Assembly: GCA_035221665.1 (NCBI GenBank)
Contig: CM069148.1
Span: forward strand, 11,160,001-11,224,000
Length of the DNA stretch: 64,000 nucleotides
Reading direction: 5' to 3'
Source of the DNA: Okamejei kenojei
Lineage: Eukaryota
Under the pieces are notes generated by a model. It saw only the letters and a program-made list of their open reading frames with translations, was not told the origin of the DNA and searched no databases. Positions 25,253 to 38,610 of this stretch are shown piece after piece (the stretch's first letter is position 1; each line of letters opens with the position of its first letter). Made by a program: the position numbers and the translations under genes.

Positions 25253-28161
25253 ACTATGAGCTTGTCTCTCTCTATGCCCCTGTGTTTATGTGAGTGTGCA
25301 TGTTTGTTTGAACCAGAATCCATGCAGCAAAGCACCTGAATCCCGGCGCTCGATCACATCGTTATGTTTTCGATGATTGTTTAGCGTGCACTTGCCAATT
25401 GGATTGACATATGTCAGCTATGTACAATTACTTTTCAGTGTCTGTTTACTTCGTGTGGGGGGGGGGGGGGGGGGGGTCGTATACAACGCCACAGCTCAAA
25501 AAAGAGGAACAAAGTTAAACCCGCAGCCACACTCGCAGCGAGAACATGGGAATATCGCAACCCTAGACAACCCCAGAACTCTCTGAGTGCTTCATTAACG
25601 CAACCAGGTTCCTCCTGGCCTTTTCGAAGTTACAAATAGGGATAACTATACTATGTTTGACATGCATGCACACCGAATGCAGGTTTTTTTAAAACACGTG
25701 CTTATGCATAACGTGTGTTTTATTAAATCAGCGGGTTTTATTAAACGCTAAGTAAATAAACTTGCTGAGGACTTGAGTAACGGTACGCTATAGCTCTCCT
25801 TTTTCGGACGAATTGTTCAGACAGGGCGGTGTATATCCAAGTGAACTATAAGGTATAACATTGGAACGATAATCGGGAGCAGCATTTTGTAACCCGATAG
25901 TTGTTGTACACACTAACACTAATCCTTCCAGGGGCTTTCGGCTTAATATAAATTTCCAGTAACCACTAACCGGCTGCTAATATTAAAATAACCGGTGTTG
26001 CCTAGTCTCCGGATCGGCGCTGTAAACGTTGGGGAATTGACATTTAATAAACGTTTTGTGAGGCTATTAGGAGCAAGCGGGAGAGGGTGGTGGGGGGAAG
26101 GTGTGGGGGTCACATATTTAGACATCACATTCTTTACAAATGCCCGATTCAAAGCAACGCGTGTTTCAAACAGGGGCCTGCATGGTGCAGCGACCACAGT
26201 GAGGTGAACTGTGAATGGCGGGGGACAGCTTACTGTAAGACGTGTCCAAATGTACCCACCAGTGGCACCGACTCCGACCAAGAACCTTGGAGAATTGTCC
26301 AGTTAGAGTCACCGCGTTTTATTTTTCGTTAGCTGTGTTGTTTTTGTTTCCCCTGGAGGACATGACCCACGCAGAAAGTGCCCTGGTGTTCATTGTGCTT
26401 GAAGCGCCTTCCCCACTTTGAAATTTATGCCGCGAATTTTTGTATTAAAGCTCTGAACTAAATGGATCGGCAGAAAAAGAAAAGTTATTTAAAGGACGTT
26501 TCTCATTACGTGCCCAAATGATTCTGAGACCTACGGTGTGACCATTATTCGGAATATGTTTCTATTTACAATAAAAACTATTACAGTATTTTTTTTTCAA
26601 AGATGTCAGGGGGGAGGGGGGTGGTAATTACTTGCTTTATTTAACTGGAGGGATTTCAGAAATGCCCCACCCAGCGAGGAACAGTCCAGTCAAATTCAAG
26701 GTCGTGAGTGCTAAGCGAGGGCTGATTGGGGGGGGGGGGGGGGGGGTGATGTTGGTGGGGAAGGGGAGAGGGTGCATGCGGATTACACTGCTGATTGAGT
26801 TAATTGTTCTTTCAATGCTATAAATCAGCTCCTTCATTTAGTTTGGATGCTGCCCGCTGTGTTATATAAAGATGCAATGGCATGAAATCTTAAAATGGAT
26901 TCAATCCACGTTATCTCACCTGCCAGTGAAACGGCTTCGTATTTCGTTGCGGCGCTTCTCACTTCCCGTCACACCTTTTCGTTCAATTCCAGCTTCCATA
27001 GCTATTCCGGCAAATTGGATTTTGTTTAAAAATCCCTCTGTGCTTGTGTCCGCGGTTTGGTCATCTCCCGCTCTTTGGCAATCGATTTTAGCTTGCGCGG
27101 GCCAGCTTCACGATGTTGCTTAAACTGCGTGAATAGGCAGGTTAATTATTTAAATTTCTGTAGCGAATGCTGCACCTCACGTTAAGAATGCCATAATTAA
27201 AGAGACAGCAGCTTTCTTTTGTTGGCCTCACAGCAGAAGCATCGTGCATGGTCACATACATCAGTCCTAGCAGCCCATTACTATAACTTCCAGTTATTTT
27301 TTTCTTGAAGTTGTACAAGGAGTCAGAAATCGTGCAAGAACCCAAGCGGCATATCAATTTATTATCAGGGGCAATAATGGATCATACCTACATTTTGAAA
27401 ACGAAGATATCATGTTCTATGTAGGGTGCGTTCTAAAATAGCAATATCCCGCGTAAAATGCAAAGAAAAAAATACCTAGTATGTTTGTCAGCTAAGTGAA
27501 ATCAAATAAAGACACTCCAAATACGAATGTGACATCTTAAGCACTATTTACTACAGTTCTGATCATATTCTGTCAGTTGAATATCTTCTATTTAATAATG
27601 GGACCCTAATCCAACTCAGCAGTTTTACATTAGGAAAATACTTTAACGGGCGTATTATAAAGGTGCTTTCTGCAGCTGCGCATTTGAGTGATGATACTCA
27701 ATTGACTCCAAACATTTTATATTGTTGATGCTACCAGAATTTTGTCACCGAATAAAGACAATTGCTTTCTACTCAACATATTGTCCATTTCTGGGACTAT
27801 GAAATTCACTAAACCACATTCCCACTTAAAAGTAAAGTTCCACTCCTTGTGGACTATTACTTTATCCAAACCCCCAAAACTGGTCTGAGGGCTTGTGTTT
27901 AAGTTTCAGTGTAGAAACTTATAATCACAGCAACGGTGTCTATACTTTCGAGTCTCTTCGCTCTGACGTGCTTTGGGAGCCGTTTGAAGTTGCACTACAT
28001 AAATACAAACCTTTATTTTTCAATAAGTAAACAAGGAAAAAAATCTCCTTTGTTAATTACCCATCTACCACGTTCCTATCAAGAACGCGTGGCCTAATCT
28101 TACTTATGTCCCTGATATTAAAGTGTTCTATCACCTAGTGAAGCGAGGCTCTAAATAGAGA

Positions 28162-28253
28162 GCTGAAGAAGGGTCTCGACCCGAAACGTCGCCTATCTCC
28201 TTCGCTCCTTAGATGCTGCTGCACCCGCTGAGTTTCTCCAGCTTTTTGTGTAC
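28162..28253 (+). mobile_element. 92-bp Penelope-derived insertion with hammerhead-like core and 14-bp TSD
   Basis: gctctaaatagaga at 28148-28161 and 28254-28267. Confidence 0.85.
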
Positions 28254-29119
28254 GCTCTAAATAGAGACACTGGTGTCTACTTGCTTAAAATGTAACCCGC
28301 GTTACACCTAATGTCAGCCATCCTCAGACCGTGTCACTTGGCACAAAAGACGCCCAGATGAATACCCCATATTTGGAACACCACATTAAGTCGAAGTCAC
28401 CATCCGCTCCCTCTGACACCTATCCACAGTTAAACACACACAAAAAAAATAAACTCATCAAATGCTCGTGATGTATGTCATGTAAACAATCCAGCGCTTC
28501 GGCGACGGGTCAGGCTGCACAGATTGATTCACGGATGAACTCGTTTTGAAGAGTTGTGCAGTTTGGAAAGGAAGAGGCAACACCTGGCTGCTTTAGCTCC
28601 GTTTACCTTTGCCGAGAGACAGATAAGGGTTCAACACGCCATTTCCAGCCCCTCCTTCCAGAACCCTGGTCGGTTGCACGGTTTCAGAGCGCGCCTAATA
28701 GCGAAGGGTCGCATCATTAGCAAAGCACCTTTCGCTTACAGCTTCTCATTAAAATAAAACTGTTGAAACATTATCCGCTGACTTCCTGCCATACTGGCCA
28801 ACATATTGTCAAGTCATATCCAGAGTAGAGGTAAACACTACTTGCTCCTGTGTCCTTCCTGACATGGTAAACACACACATTTATTTTAAAACCCATTACT
28901 TCACTTAGTCTAACATAAAACAGAAAGCCAAAACGTGACAAAACATCCTACCTTCTATAATAAGAAGTGGACAATAGCTTATCCTGCTGCCCAATTTAGA
29001 AAATGGATATTCGCATGTAACTATACCACAGGCAAAGCCCCGTAACCGGTTGCACAAATCCTCCTACAATTATAGACATGCTGGTATATTTTATTCATAT
29101 ATGCTATTTAATGTATGTG

Positions 29120-29190
29120 TGTATATTTTATTTATATATAAAATAAAATATATATTTATATATAAAATAAAATATATAAAATAAAATATA
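29120..29190. repeat. AT-rich low-complexity repeat (tatataaaataaaa)n
   Basis: Direct reading. Confidence 0.85.
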
Positions 29191-30979
29191 CTTAATGCCT
29201 TTTGTATAAAAACACACACAACTATCTAGATACAGATGGATACAGATACGTCTGTTTAAAAAGAAAATCGCCTGTTTCACCGTAACATACCCAAAGGGGT
29301 CATTTTTGTTCTCCGATCCTTCAATGCAACTTTCGGGTTGATAATCGAACTCAGTCGGAATAGAGAAAGGAAAAGCGGTGCAGGCGTGCAGATTATTTTC
29401 TTTGAATGTTTAGTTCGGAGCGGTAAACCGTGGCGTTGTGTGGGCAGATCCTAATCAATTATTTACTCTGCAAAATATGTGTAAATAATGGCCTATCTGA
29501 AAATCAGTTAAAAAAAACTATACTGACATTGAACGAGATGCCTGGGTGATTAAATGTTCGAACAGGCTGATAAAAATCGTTAAAGATGTGCAAATGTACC
29601 CATACACACCCATTAGACAAGCCATGAACGGACGGACACACACACACACACACGGATACTTCAGTACACTTAATTGTACCTATATAAGAGCGTGTATCTA
29701 TTTGGAAAAATGTACATGTATGTATGAAATGTGTATGAGATGTGAGTCAGATGTACATGAAAATGCACATTAAAGGACATCCAGATCACGCGCTCTGGAT
29801 CTGTATGGACACGTGTGTTTGTGTTTTTATATGTTGAGACCGAATGACCTCAGATATTCCTTTGTAACAAACCGGGGAACCATAAATGTCATGATTTGGA
29901 AGGAGACCAGCGACACTCGGAGCTCTTTATCCAGTGTCCCCTGCATGTCGTGATGTTCCGAAGAATATAACCTGAATCATCAGTCACTTAGCAGCGCATT
30001 ATATTAGACAAGAAGTGTGAGCCTTGATTTCATTCCTGTTGACAAGTATTTAAGATATTTTCAGGGACCGTGTGGAGACGGTGCAGTGGTAAAGACGGGT
30101 CAGGTAAGCTGGTTGAGGGCTTACACTTTCGATCTATTTCCATTGAGTTGAGGCTAGTTACCGTTTTAATGAAGGTATCCAGGCAGACGTAGAAAGTTGA
30201 TTTTTCTACCTGACTGAACCCTTTCAATAAACAGAACCGAGCGCCAATAGATCAATGTTTACTTTATTGGTGACTTCGAACTAAATCATGGAGAAACCGG
30301 CCGTAGAACTGAGGTGAATGATAAATTATATCAAGTAATTATCAGTCCTGGCGAATCTTTCCCCACTTAATGTCAGGCAGTGGGACTTAATTGCGTGAAT
30401 AATTGTTATATGGAGGCTGGTGTCTCATACTTCACACCAGATAAACATCACTTTCTTTACCCGGTGGTACGTGTGCACCACAAAAATAAAGTGGATGACA
30501 CGTACAGAGAAAAGAATCGGCCACGAGGCACCTGCAGAACTTGGTCGATTCTTATACGATCATTGCGACATTACAGTATTGAAAATTGGCATTTAAAGAT
30601 TGCCAATTTGTTTATTGCAGAACTGGATGTTTATCTTCCTATATCAAATATGGAATTCGGATCATACTTCTATGATCATAAAATGAGTGTATTCTCCTGA
30701 CTTCCAGTCCACCAACACCAATCGTACTCAAAGTATGAAAAGTTCATAGTCATTACTCGCGATGTTGCTTTAGAATAAATAGCCATATAGGGGCAAACAG
30801 CACGAGGCCGCTCTTTTCTTAAAGGGGCATTATAAGTTTGGCACAAAAGAGTAATCAGCGTTCCCTGAGTGCTTCCGGTCTTTTCCATATTTCACAACAC
30901 GGGAGGAGGGAGCGGCGGGGAAGGGTGGGACGATGCCTAAACCCAGTAGCATTTCCACTTAAAACGAGCCCGGCTCCTT

Positions 30980-31070
30980 GTGTTTGCACAGGGTGTCGTT
31001 GCGTCACGCAGGCGCCCGGTCCAATCAGCGGCAAGCTGACACTGATATTAAGGGGGAAAGTTTGTGTTGA
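30980..31070 (+). promoter_or_regulatory. PAX6 P0 promoter (probable)
   Basis: CRE-like tgcgtca, CCAAT (31021-31025) and TATA-like ATATTAA about 25 nt later in a CpG-rich patch, about 6.5 kb downstream of EE. A possible exon 0 donor is ccag|gtactg at 31221/31222. Confidence 0.65.
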
Positions 31071-34000
31071 ACGAAAAGCCGATCCGTGGTCCCCGTGACA
31101 TTTAAACTCTGAGCGAGAGCCCGATCTGAAAAAATAAGGCGACAAAACCCCTTTCCTGACTCTTTCCAAGTCACCTCACCGGAAGACAATGAGAGCCTTT
31201 TGATCACCGCCATTGATCCAGGTACTGTGAACCTTCCTTCCCTTCACCTCGCCGCTACTCGCTGTCCTGAGCTTGTTGCAAGCACCTCCCCTATCTGTTC
31301 TCCATTCTGTAAACCAGGGTGCGTTCCCATCCTTTGATCGCTTGTATTTTTTTTTTGTTTAGAAATCCTCCTCTAACATCTTTCCAGTTCAGATCTGTAC
31401 GGGGCTGATTTTAACTTCTGAGCCTTTTATTTTTAAAGAAAATTGATATTTCGATGTATTAGCGTGTGCAGGACCTTTTTTTACAGAGGGGCATGGTGCC
31501 AATTGTAATCAGTCAAGGCGGATATAGTTAAAATATCTAATGCTTCAGGAAGCTACAACCGTTCAGTTCGGGGAGGGGTTGAGTGGAGAGAGGGAGGGAA
31601 GAGACGGGCAACTAAGTTCCTCTCAACCCCTGTTAACAGGTGGCGCGGAGACGCTACAAACCTTGTCAATTCTTTCCGTTTCCATCACCCACCCCGCTCT
31701 TTGAACTGCTTAGTTCGTGGTAGGAGAAATAAATGGTTGGCCCGTGTACTCTAAAGACCAGCCTGTGTTAGCACACCTCAGAATTAAAGTAACGAAAGCT
31801 AAAGAATGCGCTTTACTCGCCTAACGAGAGAATTAATTCCTAGAGAGAGGGCTAAAGAAAAGGACTTGATCCCTGGTCTCCGTTCGGACCGAATATAATG
31901 AACGGCTTTCAGGGTCGGGTTTACGTTAGAGGAATCTCTGCACTACCTTAGTGTAGATCAAAGTTCCACAAATCGGGTGATCTTAAGCAGTTGTGTACAT
32001 CAACCGTTCTTGCACACCAAAGGTGCATTAGGAAATGTAAAGAAAACTTCATAGAAGGTAAATCATTAGCCCAGTTTAAGGGGAGGTTTCTACTTCTTGG
32101 CTGGTCAAGATAATTGCCCCCTTTGTGGCAATCAAAATTAGAACTTTAGTAACTCTTGAGTGAAGCATAGTTGGGGGTTAAACAGAAGAAAAACAGACCA
32201 ACTCACCTTAAGCGGCTCCACTTTGCTCGCTGTGTTCATCTCACTGTTCCCCCTTGTAAGGACCATAAATCATTCAGAGGGATATCCGAGGGTCGTTCTC
32301 GTGGATACGGCTGTAGCAAGGTATTGGATGAAAGTGCTACTGTACAAGGGGTTCACTGCAGCGGACCATACCTCGGTAATAAATCGAGCGTTCTGCATTA
32401 CAGACCCTCCTCCCTAATTAGAGATGTTTATCTGAGATACTGTTTATCCAGCTGCCATATCGAGATTAGGCCTGTAACATAATTACCCCGCGTGTAAGCC
32501 CCCTTTGCCCGAATAACCAAAAGAGACTAATACACATTTAAACACAATATGTTTCTCCGGAAATATGTTCTCAAAGAGACCTCTCCTTGACCTCTTGTGA
32601 TAATTTCTGATCCAGTATCCCTCCCGAGGTATTAATGAAACGCGTAGATCTTCCATGTGTGATAAGTTTCCGGGACTGATGGAATATTGGGTGTCTTTCC
32701 TCCCGGGGTCGGATAATATCGACTTTGTTTTCAATATTCACGAAGCCTTTTCGAATGACACCAGAAAACTAACGATGCAGGGAGAGACGGCCAAGCCTCT
32801 CCGGAGTACAGGCGGAGAGAAATAGACTTTATCTCACTTTGTGTCGGTGTTACAGCTGAGAAAATATTTTGTGTTCAATACACAGGCAGGCATAAAGAAT
32901 CCGCGAGGCACGGGTGCTGGGATAAGTTGTCAGAATCGTACATCTCCACAGTTTACCGAGTGGACCAGACAAGAGGACTTTAAGTATTCTGTGGATTGTG
33001 AAGGGAATTTGGTAGATTGCTTTGCTAATGCAATGAGTCGAGGTCAGTTTTTGTACTAGAACCATTAAGTGATTTGGACTTCTTGGGGTTGAGTGGGATC
33101 GCGGGTCGGAGGGGGTTGCAGTTAAAACGTTACTTGAGCAACTTATCAGCTCCGCTGGGACCAAATATATTGTCATCGAGGCCTTGGGAGGGGAGTCAAT
33201 TCTCCCCAGTCTTTTTTTAAAAACTATATTATGGACCAGAAAGTCATTGAATTCTAGCGAGATTCAAACTTGGATTGTCAGAAGACCTGTTCAAACGAAT
33301 TGCACAGATGGTTTAATATACTTTTCGACAAGGTCATTTTGGTGGGTTTGTATAGAGTCTATGAGCTGACGCAACCTCTGCCATTATGTCTACATAGATA
33401 AGCGAAGCATGTTTTATTATAATTACTTTAATTGGGTGATTTTATACACTATTTTTCAGCCAAAAGGTATTTAATCGCAGTGCACCGCAGCAACCTGCAT
33501 TAATGGTGACGATTAGTTTCATTAAACCGCAGGCAAGAGGCTCCTGTTGTGGAGTCGTGGTCATCTAATCCCTCATTGATTTTTTTTAATCAAAAAAAAA
33601 TACTAATAATCTCAACTATCACAAAAAATAAACTAATATTTGATTAATTATGTACCAAAGCGGCAAGCTTAACCAGGGTCGTTCACTCTTCCTTCCATGT
33701 GTTCATACTTATGGATTCTATTATTCATTTGGATATGAATTAAGAACACGGTTTATTATCGGACGGAGAAGGGGTGGTCTACCCCAGCGATGCTCTTGCG
33801 AGAAACTTTCAAATCATAGCTGGGCCTCGCAAAAAAATATAACCTTTTCGCCGATCAATGGCCTCCCCATATTCATACTGCACGATTTCACAGAATCTAT
33901 TTGTAACGTTGGTTTCATATTTCTTTTCATTCAAGAATCAGGCAAACTTAAATTCGAACACTTTGATTTGAGGTATATTCCTGCTTCCAGAGTTTAGGCA

Positions 34001-34819
34001 TCATTCTCGGTGTTTTGCGTTGCACTTTCCGCCAACTTTCTAGTCTGCTTCTCCTCACTGGCGTAGGTGAAGAGAAGAACGCCTTTTAGATTAATCGCTC
34101 TTAACAAGGCAGGGATTTTTTGACATGCTTCTTGTCCACGGGTTTCTCTTTCCACTTGTACTCTCTGGACAATTTTAATCAAAATTAAAGTGAACAATTT
34201 TACTTAGAGCCCGCGGCCTAGTAATAACAAAAGTAATAGCCGGCATGACGATTTATCTTCTGTTAGTCGGTGTCCCATCAAAAATAAAGCAGAACTTCCG
34301 CGTGAGATTCCCATTTTAACTTTTATTAAAGCCCCTGCGATTTACATAAAATTAATTGGTGCTTCTTCTGACTGATGCCTTTGGATGGTTTTATTCAAAT
34401 GCCTCCTCGACGGTGAAGCAGCTCAGAATATTTCAATTTAACAGACTTTTTGAAACTGCATTTTTTTCCCTCCTTCCAAAAGCTGGGGAGAGCCATGTTC
34501 AGTAAAATGGCGTCACTCCGTTTCTTCCCCTAAACTCCAGAGAGGGGAGTCGAAGGGATTTTCTTTCTCCAGAACCAACCTCACCACCCCTTCTCCCCCT
34601 CCCCCGCTCTCCCCCTCTCCCATTCCCTCCCTCACACCCAACCTCAACATTCCCACAGATAGGAGAGTTTTGGATCAGGTAATAATCTCCTCGTAACTTT
34701 TTAATCTCTGCACATTTTAAGAGGAAGGACCTTATTCAGATACAACAGCTGTACACGCCACACGGGCCTGGTTGATTAAAAAAAATGTATGTCTGTATAT
34801 GATTGCAGAGATGATGTTT

Positions 34820-35030
34820 TAAAACGCCGCACCAAAGGCAATGAGGAAATGTACAGCCAGAACAATTGGAGATTTATTGTAATGATAAACCTTGTCTACT
34901 GTGCTTTCCCATTGGCTGCTAGCGCCTATTTCTAACTCCTTGATAAATCCATGGCAGCCAATGTATCCCAGGCTCTGTAGCCGATGCGCTTTAATAAGTC
35001 CCTTTCTCCTACAGAATGACGTCAGTTGCA
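34820..35030. promoter_or_regulatory. Candidate conserved non-coding element between P0 and P1
   Basis: Repeat-free, motif-dense block (atttattgtaatgataaacc, cccattggctgc, gcagccaatg) at the position of described P0-P1 CNEs; identity not verified. Confidence 0.45.
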
Positions 35031-37779
35031 TTCAGTAGTTCTTTCCCTCTGCATATTTTTTTTTTGTGTGTGTGGGTGTTGTGTGTGTTTAAAACTTTTT
35101 TTTTCGGGGCCCACAAAGAACATTTTGCCCCGGGGGAAATAACGCCCGTATTAGTGCGTGTTAATCCCAACCGCGCTAATTGAGCTTGCAACGAAAGAGG
35201 GAGAGAGAGAGAAAAAAAATCACCATCGTCTCCTGCGGATTTTAGAAAGGAACCGACTATACCTTCTTCTAATGTTTGTTTCTTGAGAAGCAACGAAATC
35301 TCTCGTCCCAACAAGTTACAGAAAAGAGAAGAATCCGAAGAAGCCAGCATTTTATTAAACGTCCGCAATTAAAAAAAAAGGTGGAGATTCATTTAAAATT
35401 GTCTTAAAAAGAACGGCGGGACGGATTCTACCCTACAAATAATCACAGTCTGACTAATGCACCATTGTTTCCAGCTAATTTGCAAAGATCTCGAAGCTGT
35501 CCCCATTCCAGCAGCCAAACGACAAGGAACGGGTTTGTACCTCTCTTTGATTTTAACAAAAAAGTCATGTGCATTTATTTTGTTGCGACTGTGGAGTTTC
35601 TGTTTGAAGTCTGGTGCGAAACTCGGAAGAGTTTGAGTGTGTGGACTTCAGTCTGCTGCTGGAATAAATTAGCAGCCCGGCAAGTTTCTGCGCGCTGTGG
35701 TCAGGCCCTCATTCCATCGCTGGTTATCGGTGGTTGGCTAATAAATTGTTGCAGATTTGAATTGCAAAAGTTTATTTTTCACACTACTGCCTGTTCAACG
35801 CTTGCAGTTGTGTGCGCGTCTGGTTCCAAAACTTTAATACACTTCGCCTGTATCTTTCTCCCCTTCTTCGGCGTTAGTTACCGTTTAGCAGGGGAGAATG
35901 CAAGCGATTCGCCGAAACTCCGCCACCGGGGCCGTGTAACCCAAAATATATTTGTGTTACAGAGGGTGAAATTCTTGAATGTGAAACGAGTGCTGTCCTC
36001 TTTTGCATAATAGAACGGTGAAGGCGATCCACTGTAAGAAGTTACAAACACCCCCACCCACCCCCATGTCTCTCATTCCACTCTCGCTGTAAAAAGGACG
36101 ACGTTCCCATACAAACTCTGTACCCGATCACAGCGTGACTTATAACTCTCCTGGAAAAAAAACATTTTTTTTTTTCATTTCCGTCCACCCCCAGCTCATT
36201 TCCACTCTCCGGATAGCCAACAGTTTCGCAGATTACCTCGACAAGGACGTAGTTTTAAAAAAAAGCAACCCCACACTGGTATCCAGCAATATTGGCGTTA
36301 GCTGGAGGAAAGATAGACTGTGTTGGATCCATATTAAGAGAGTGGCAGCTCTCGGCACGACTCGAGATGACAGTGCATGACGGTCTGGCTAGCTCATTAT
36401 CCAGATCCCATTGAGGCGTCCTTTTCAGACTCATGCAAAGTATTTGGCAGAGTCGTTTGTCTCCGCATTGTACTTTAGTTAGGAATGCAATGGTTGTCAG
36501 TGCTCTTATTCACTTTCAAGATACTTTATTGATGAGGTCTGACTTTTAGCACTTTTCACATGTCAAGAGAAGTCAAGTGTATGCGTCCAAGACTTCATTT
36601 TATGCTTTCCGCGTTTTTAAGACCCCCGCCCTCTTTTCTCTCTCTTGCTTGCTTGATTTTTCTCTCTCTTTCCCTCTGTCTCTTATTCTCCCTCTCCCAC
36701 ACTGTTTCTCCCTCTTCTCCTCCCCCCCGACCCCCTCTCCCTCTCTTCCTCTGAGTGCGTGGACTTCTGTCTGCTACTCTCTGCCTCTCCCACTCTCTCT
36801 TCCTCTCTCCATTGCAATTGGATATATAATGAAGACACCCCAAGCCGAGACTGGTGTTACCTCTGTAACCTCAAACCAGGCGCTGGGGGGGGGGGTTTCT
36901 TTGGTGTTTACTGAGGTGTGCAGTAATACTTGGGCTTTCAACAAATATAGTTCTGGTGTGTGGTCAGCGTCCAGGCCATTTACTTACCTTCCCCGCGATT
37001 TCTGGCAGCCAGTTAAATGCCAAAAGCCTATTGGAAATAATCATTTTAATTATTAGATCTTGTGGTGAACAGCTCTAAAACAGCGGCATGCTGCTCTGTG
37101 TAGAATGGTAAATGTGCTCGCTGCTCCCCCTTTCTCACTCAATCGTTGACTATCTCCTTCAGAAAAGTTGAGGTTTAACTTACCACTGGCACCGTAAAGC
37201 TAATAGCGGGCACGGAGCTAACAAAGGGCGCGTGGGAGAGGCTTGTGAGTGTTTTCTCTGATGACACTTAAGGCCTATTTACCAGGTCGCGAATCCACAA
37301 AGTAAATGTGTATTTAATCAGCGCTGTCAAGGGGGTTTGGGATTTCTCTCCTCCCTACGTAGAACATTTCCAGAGATAGGTGTCTGTGATAATTCATTAC
37401 CGATCCATGTTTACTTTTTTTTTAAAGAAAGAAATAATCATTAACAACACCCATGTTAAATATGCCCACAGCCAAGTAGCGTGTTTACTTTACAAAGGTC
37501 AACCTGGTGTACAGATGAAATCCCTTTAAGTGAAGTCTATCCATGTAGGAACCATGCTTGTCAAAGCGATTGGTTCCTGATATTTAAAATCATTTTAGTT
37601 ATCATTCGGTTGCCACAAAACTTTTCAATTGGCCTAAAATACAGCCGTGGGATTTGTCAGTTGTTCGGGGGATGTGTACATTGTGTTTTGATGGGCATTT
37701 TTGTTGTGTGTATATATAGATGGCCACGCGCTGCCACGGTTTCGCCATATATTGTGACAAAAAACTTGTATACGCACAA

Positions 37780-37890
37780 ACTCTCTCCATAGAGTGTTCC
37801 CATTGAGACCAACGCTTAACAGCGAGGAGGGCCAACCATAGCCGCCGTCTCCTCTGCTCTACATAAGGAAATATTTATTTGTGTGCATTT
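37780..37890 (+). promoter_or_regulatory. PAX6 P1 promoter
   Basis: TATA-like aatatttatt followed by gtgcatttgcatgt, directly upstream of exon-1-homologous sequence. Confidence 0.7.
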
Positions 37891-38112
37891 GCATGTGGTG
37901 CAAAAAAAAAACAAAAAAAACGCGTGGAGTGATTAGTGGGTTTCAAAGAGTGCATTTCCCGCTCTGGAGAGGCGCAGGGAGGAAGTGTTTGGCTTGCTGA
38001 TGATGACAAAGGTCACTCTCTACTAATGGGCCAGTGAAGTGGAGGCGAGGCGAGCGCACCTCCCGAATTCAGACATACATTAATACAACTAGCACAATCA
38101 GCAATCAGCTAG
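37890..38112 (+). other. PAX6: PAX6 5'UTR exon 1 (start approximate; donors after 38011 and 38112)
   Basis: ggagtgattagtgggttt..catttcccgctctgg..aggcgcagg.aggaagtgttt..gatgatgaca.ag|gtca..ctaatgggccagtga..caatcagc.ag|gtgtg matches human exon 1 as recalled. Confidence 0.8.
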
Positions 38113-38117
38113 GTGTG

Positions 38118-38139
38118 TTCTCTCTCTCCCTCCCTCTTT

Positions 38140-38180
<41 letters not shown>

Positions 38181-38512
38181 GCACGCACACACACACACAC
38201 ACACTCTCCTCATTGCTTCTCTTTTCTTATCTTTCTCCTCTCACTCTCTCTCTCCCTCTCTCCCTCTCTCTCCCTCTCCCTCTCCCCCTTCTCTCTCTCG
38301 TTCCTCTCCCTCTCCCTCTCCCCCCACTGTGTGCCTGAATAACTCCCCATCTCCTCAGTGACAGCAGATTTCATTGTCAATCTCTGTTTCTTTCGCAAGA
38401 ATTTACTCCTGTGTGTGTGTGAGCGTGTGCATGTGTGTGCATGTGCGCGTGTGTGTGTGTCTGTGTGTGTGTGTGTGTGTGTCTGGCTGTGTGTGTGTGT
38501 GTGTGGGGGGGG
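38118..38512. repeat. Compound (CT)n/(CA)n/(GT)n microsatellites in intron 1
   Basis: Direct reading. Confidence 0.9.
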
Positions 38513-38574
38513 GAGAGAAACTAATTTATTGGCAAGGCTAAAAAAAAGTCGCCCATCATCTTAACTATTTCCAG

Positions 38575-38610
38575 GACAATGTTGACAAGAAGTCGGAATG
38601 CCCCATAAAG
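38575..38610 (+). other. PAX6: PAX6 5'UTR exon 2 (3' end certain, acceptor uncertain)
   Basis: atgccccataaag|gtgagt matches the human exon 2 end (ATGCCTCATAAAG|gtgagt). The nearest acceptor is tttccag ending at 38574. Confidence 0.7.

Noticed and set aside
24748-25293. ORFs spanning N runs (also 2264-2626)
   Set aside because: Artefacts of assembly gaps.
26780-27400. Motif-rich blocks between EE and P0 (also 36380-36600, 50900-51150, 51900-52240)
   Set aside because: Possible CNEs, but no sequence match I can state with confidence.
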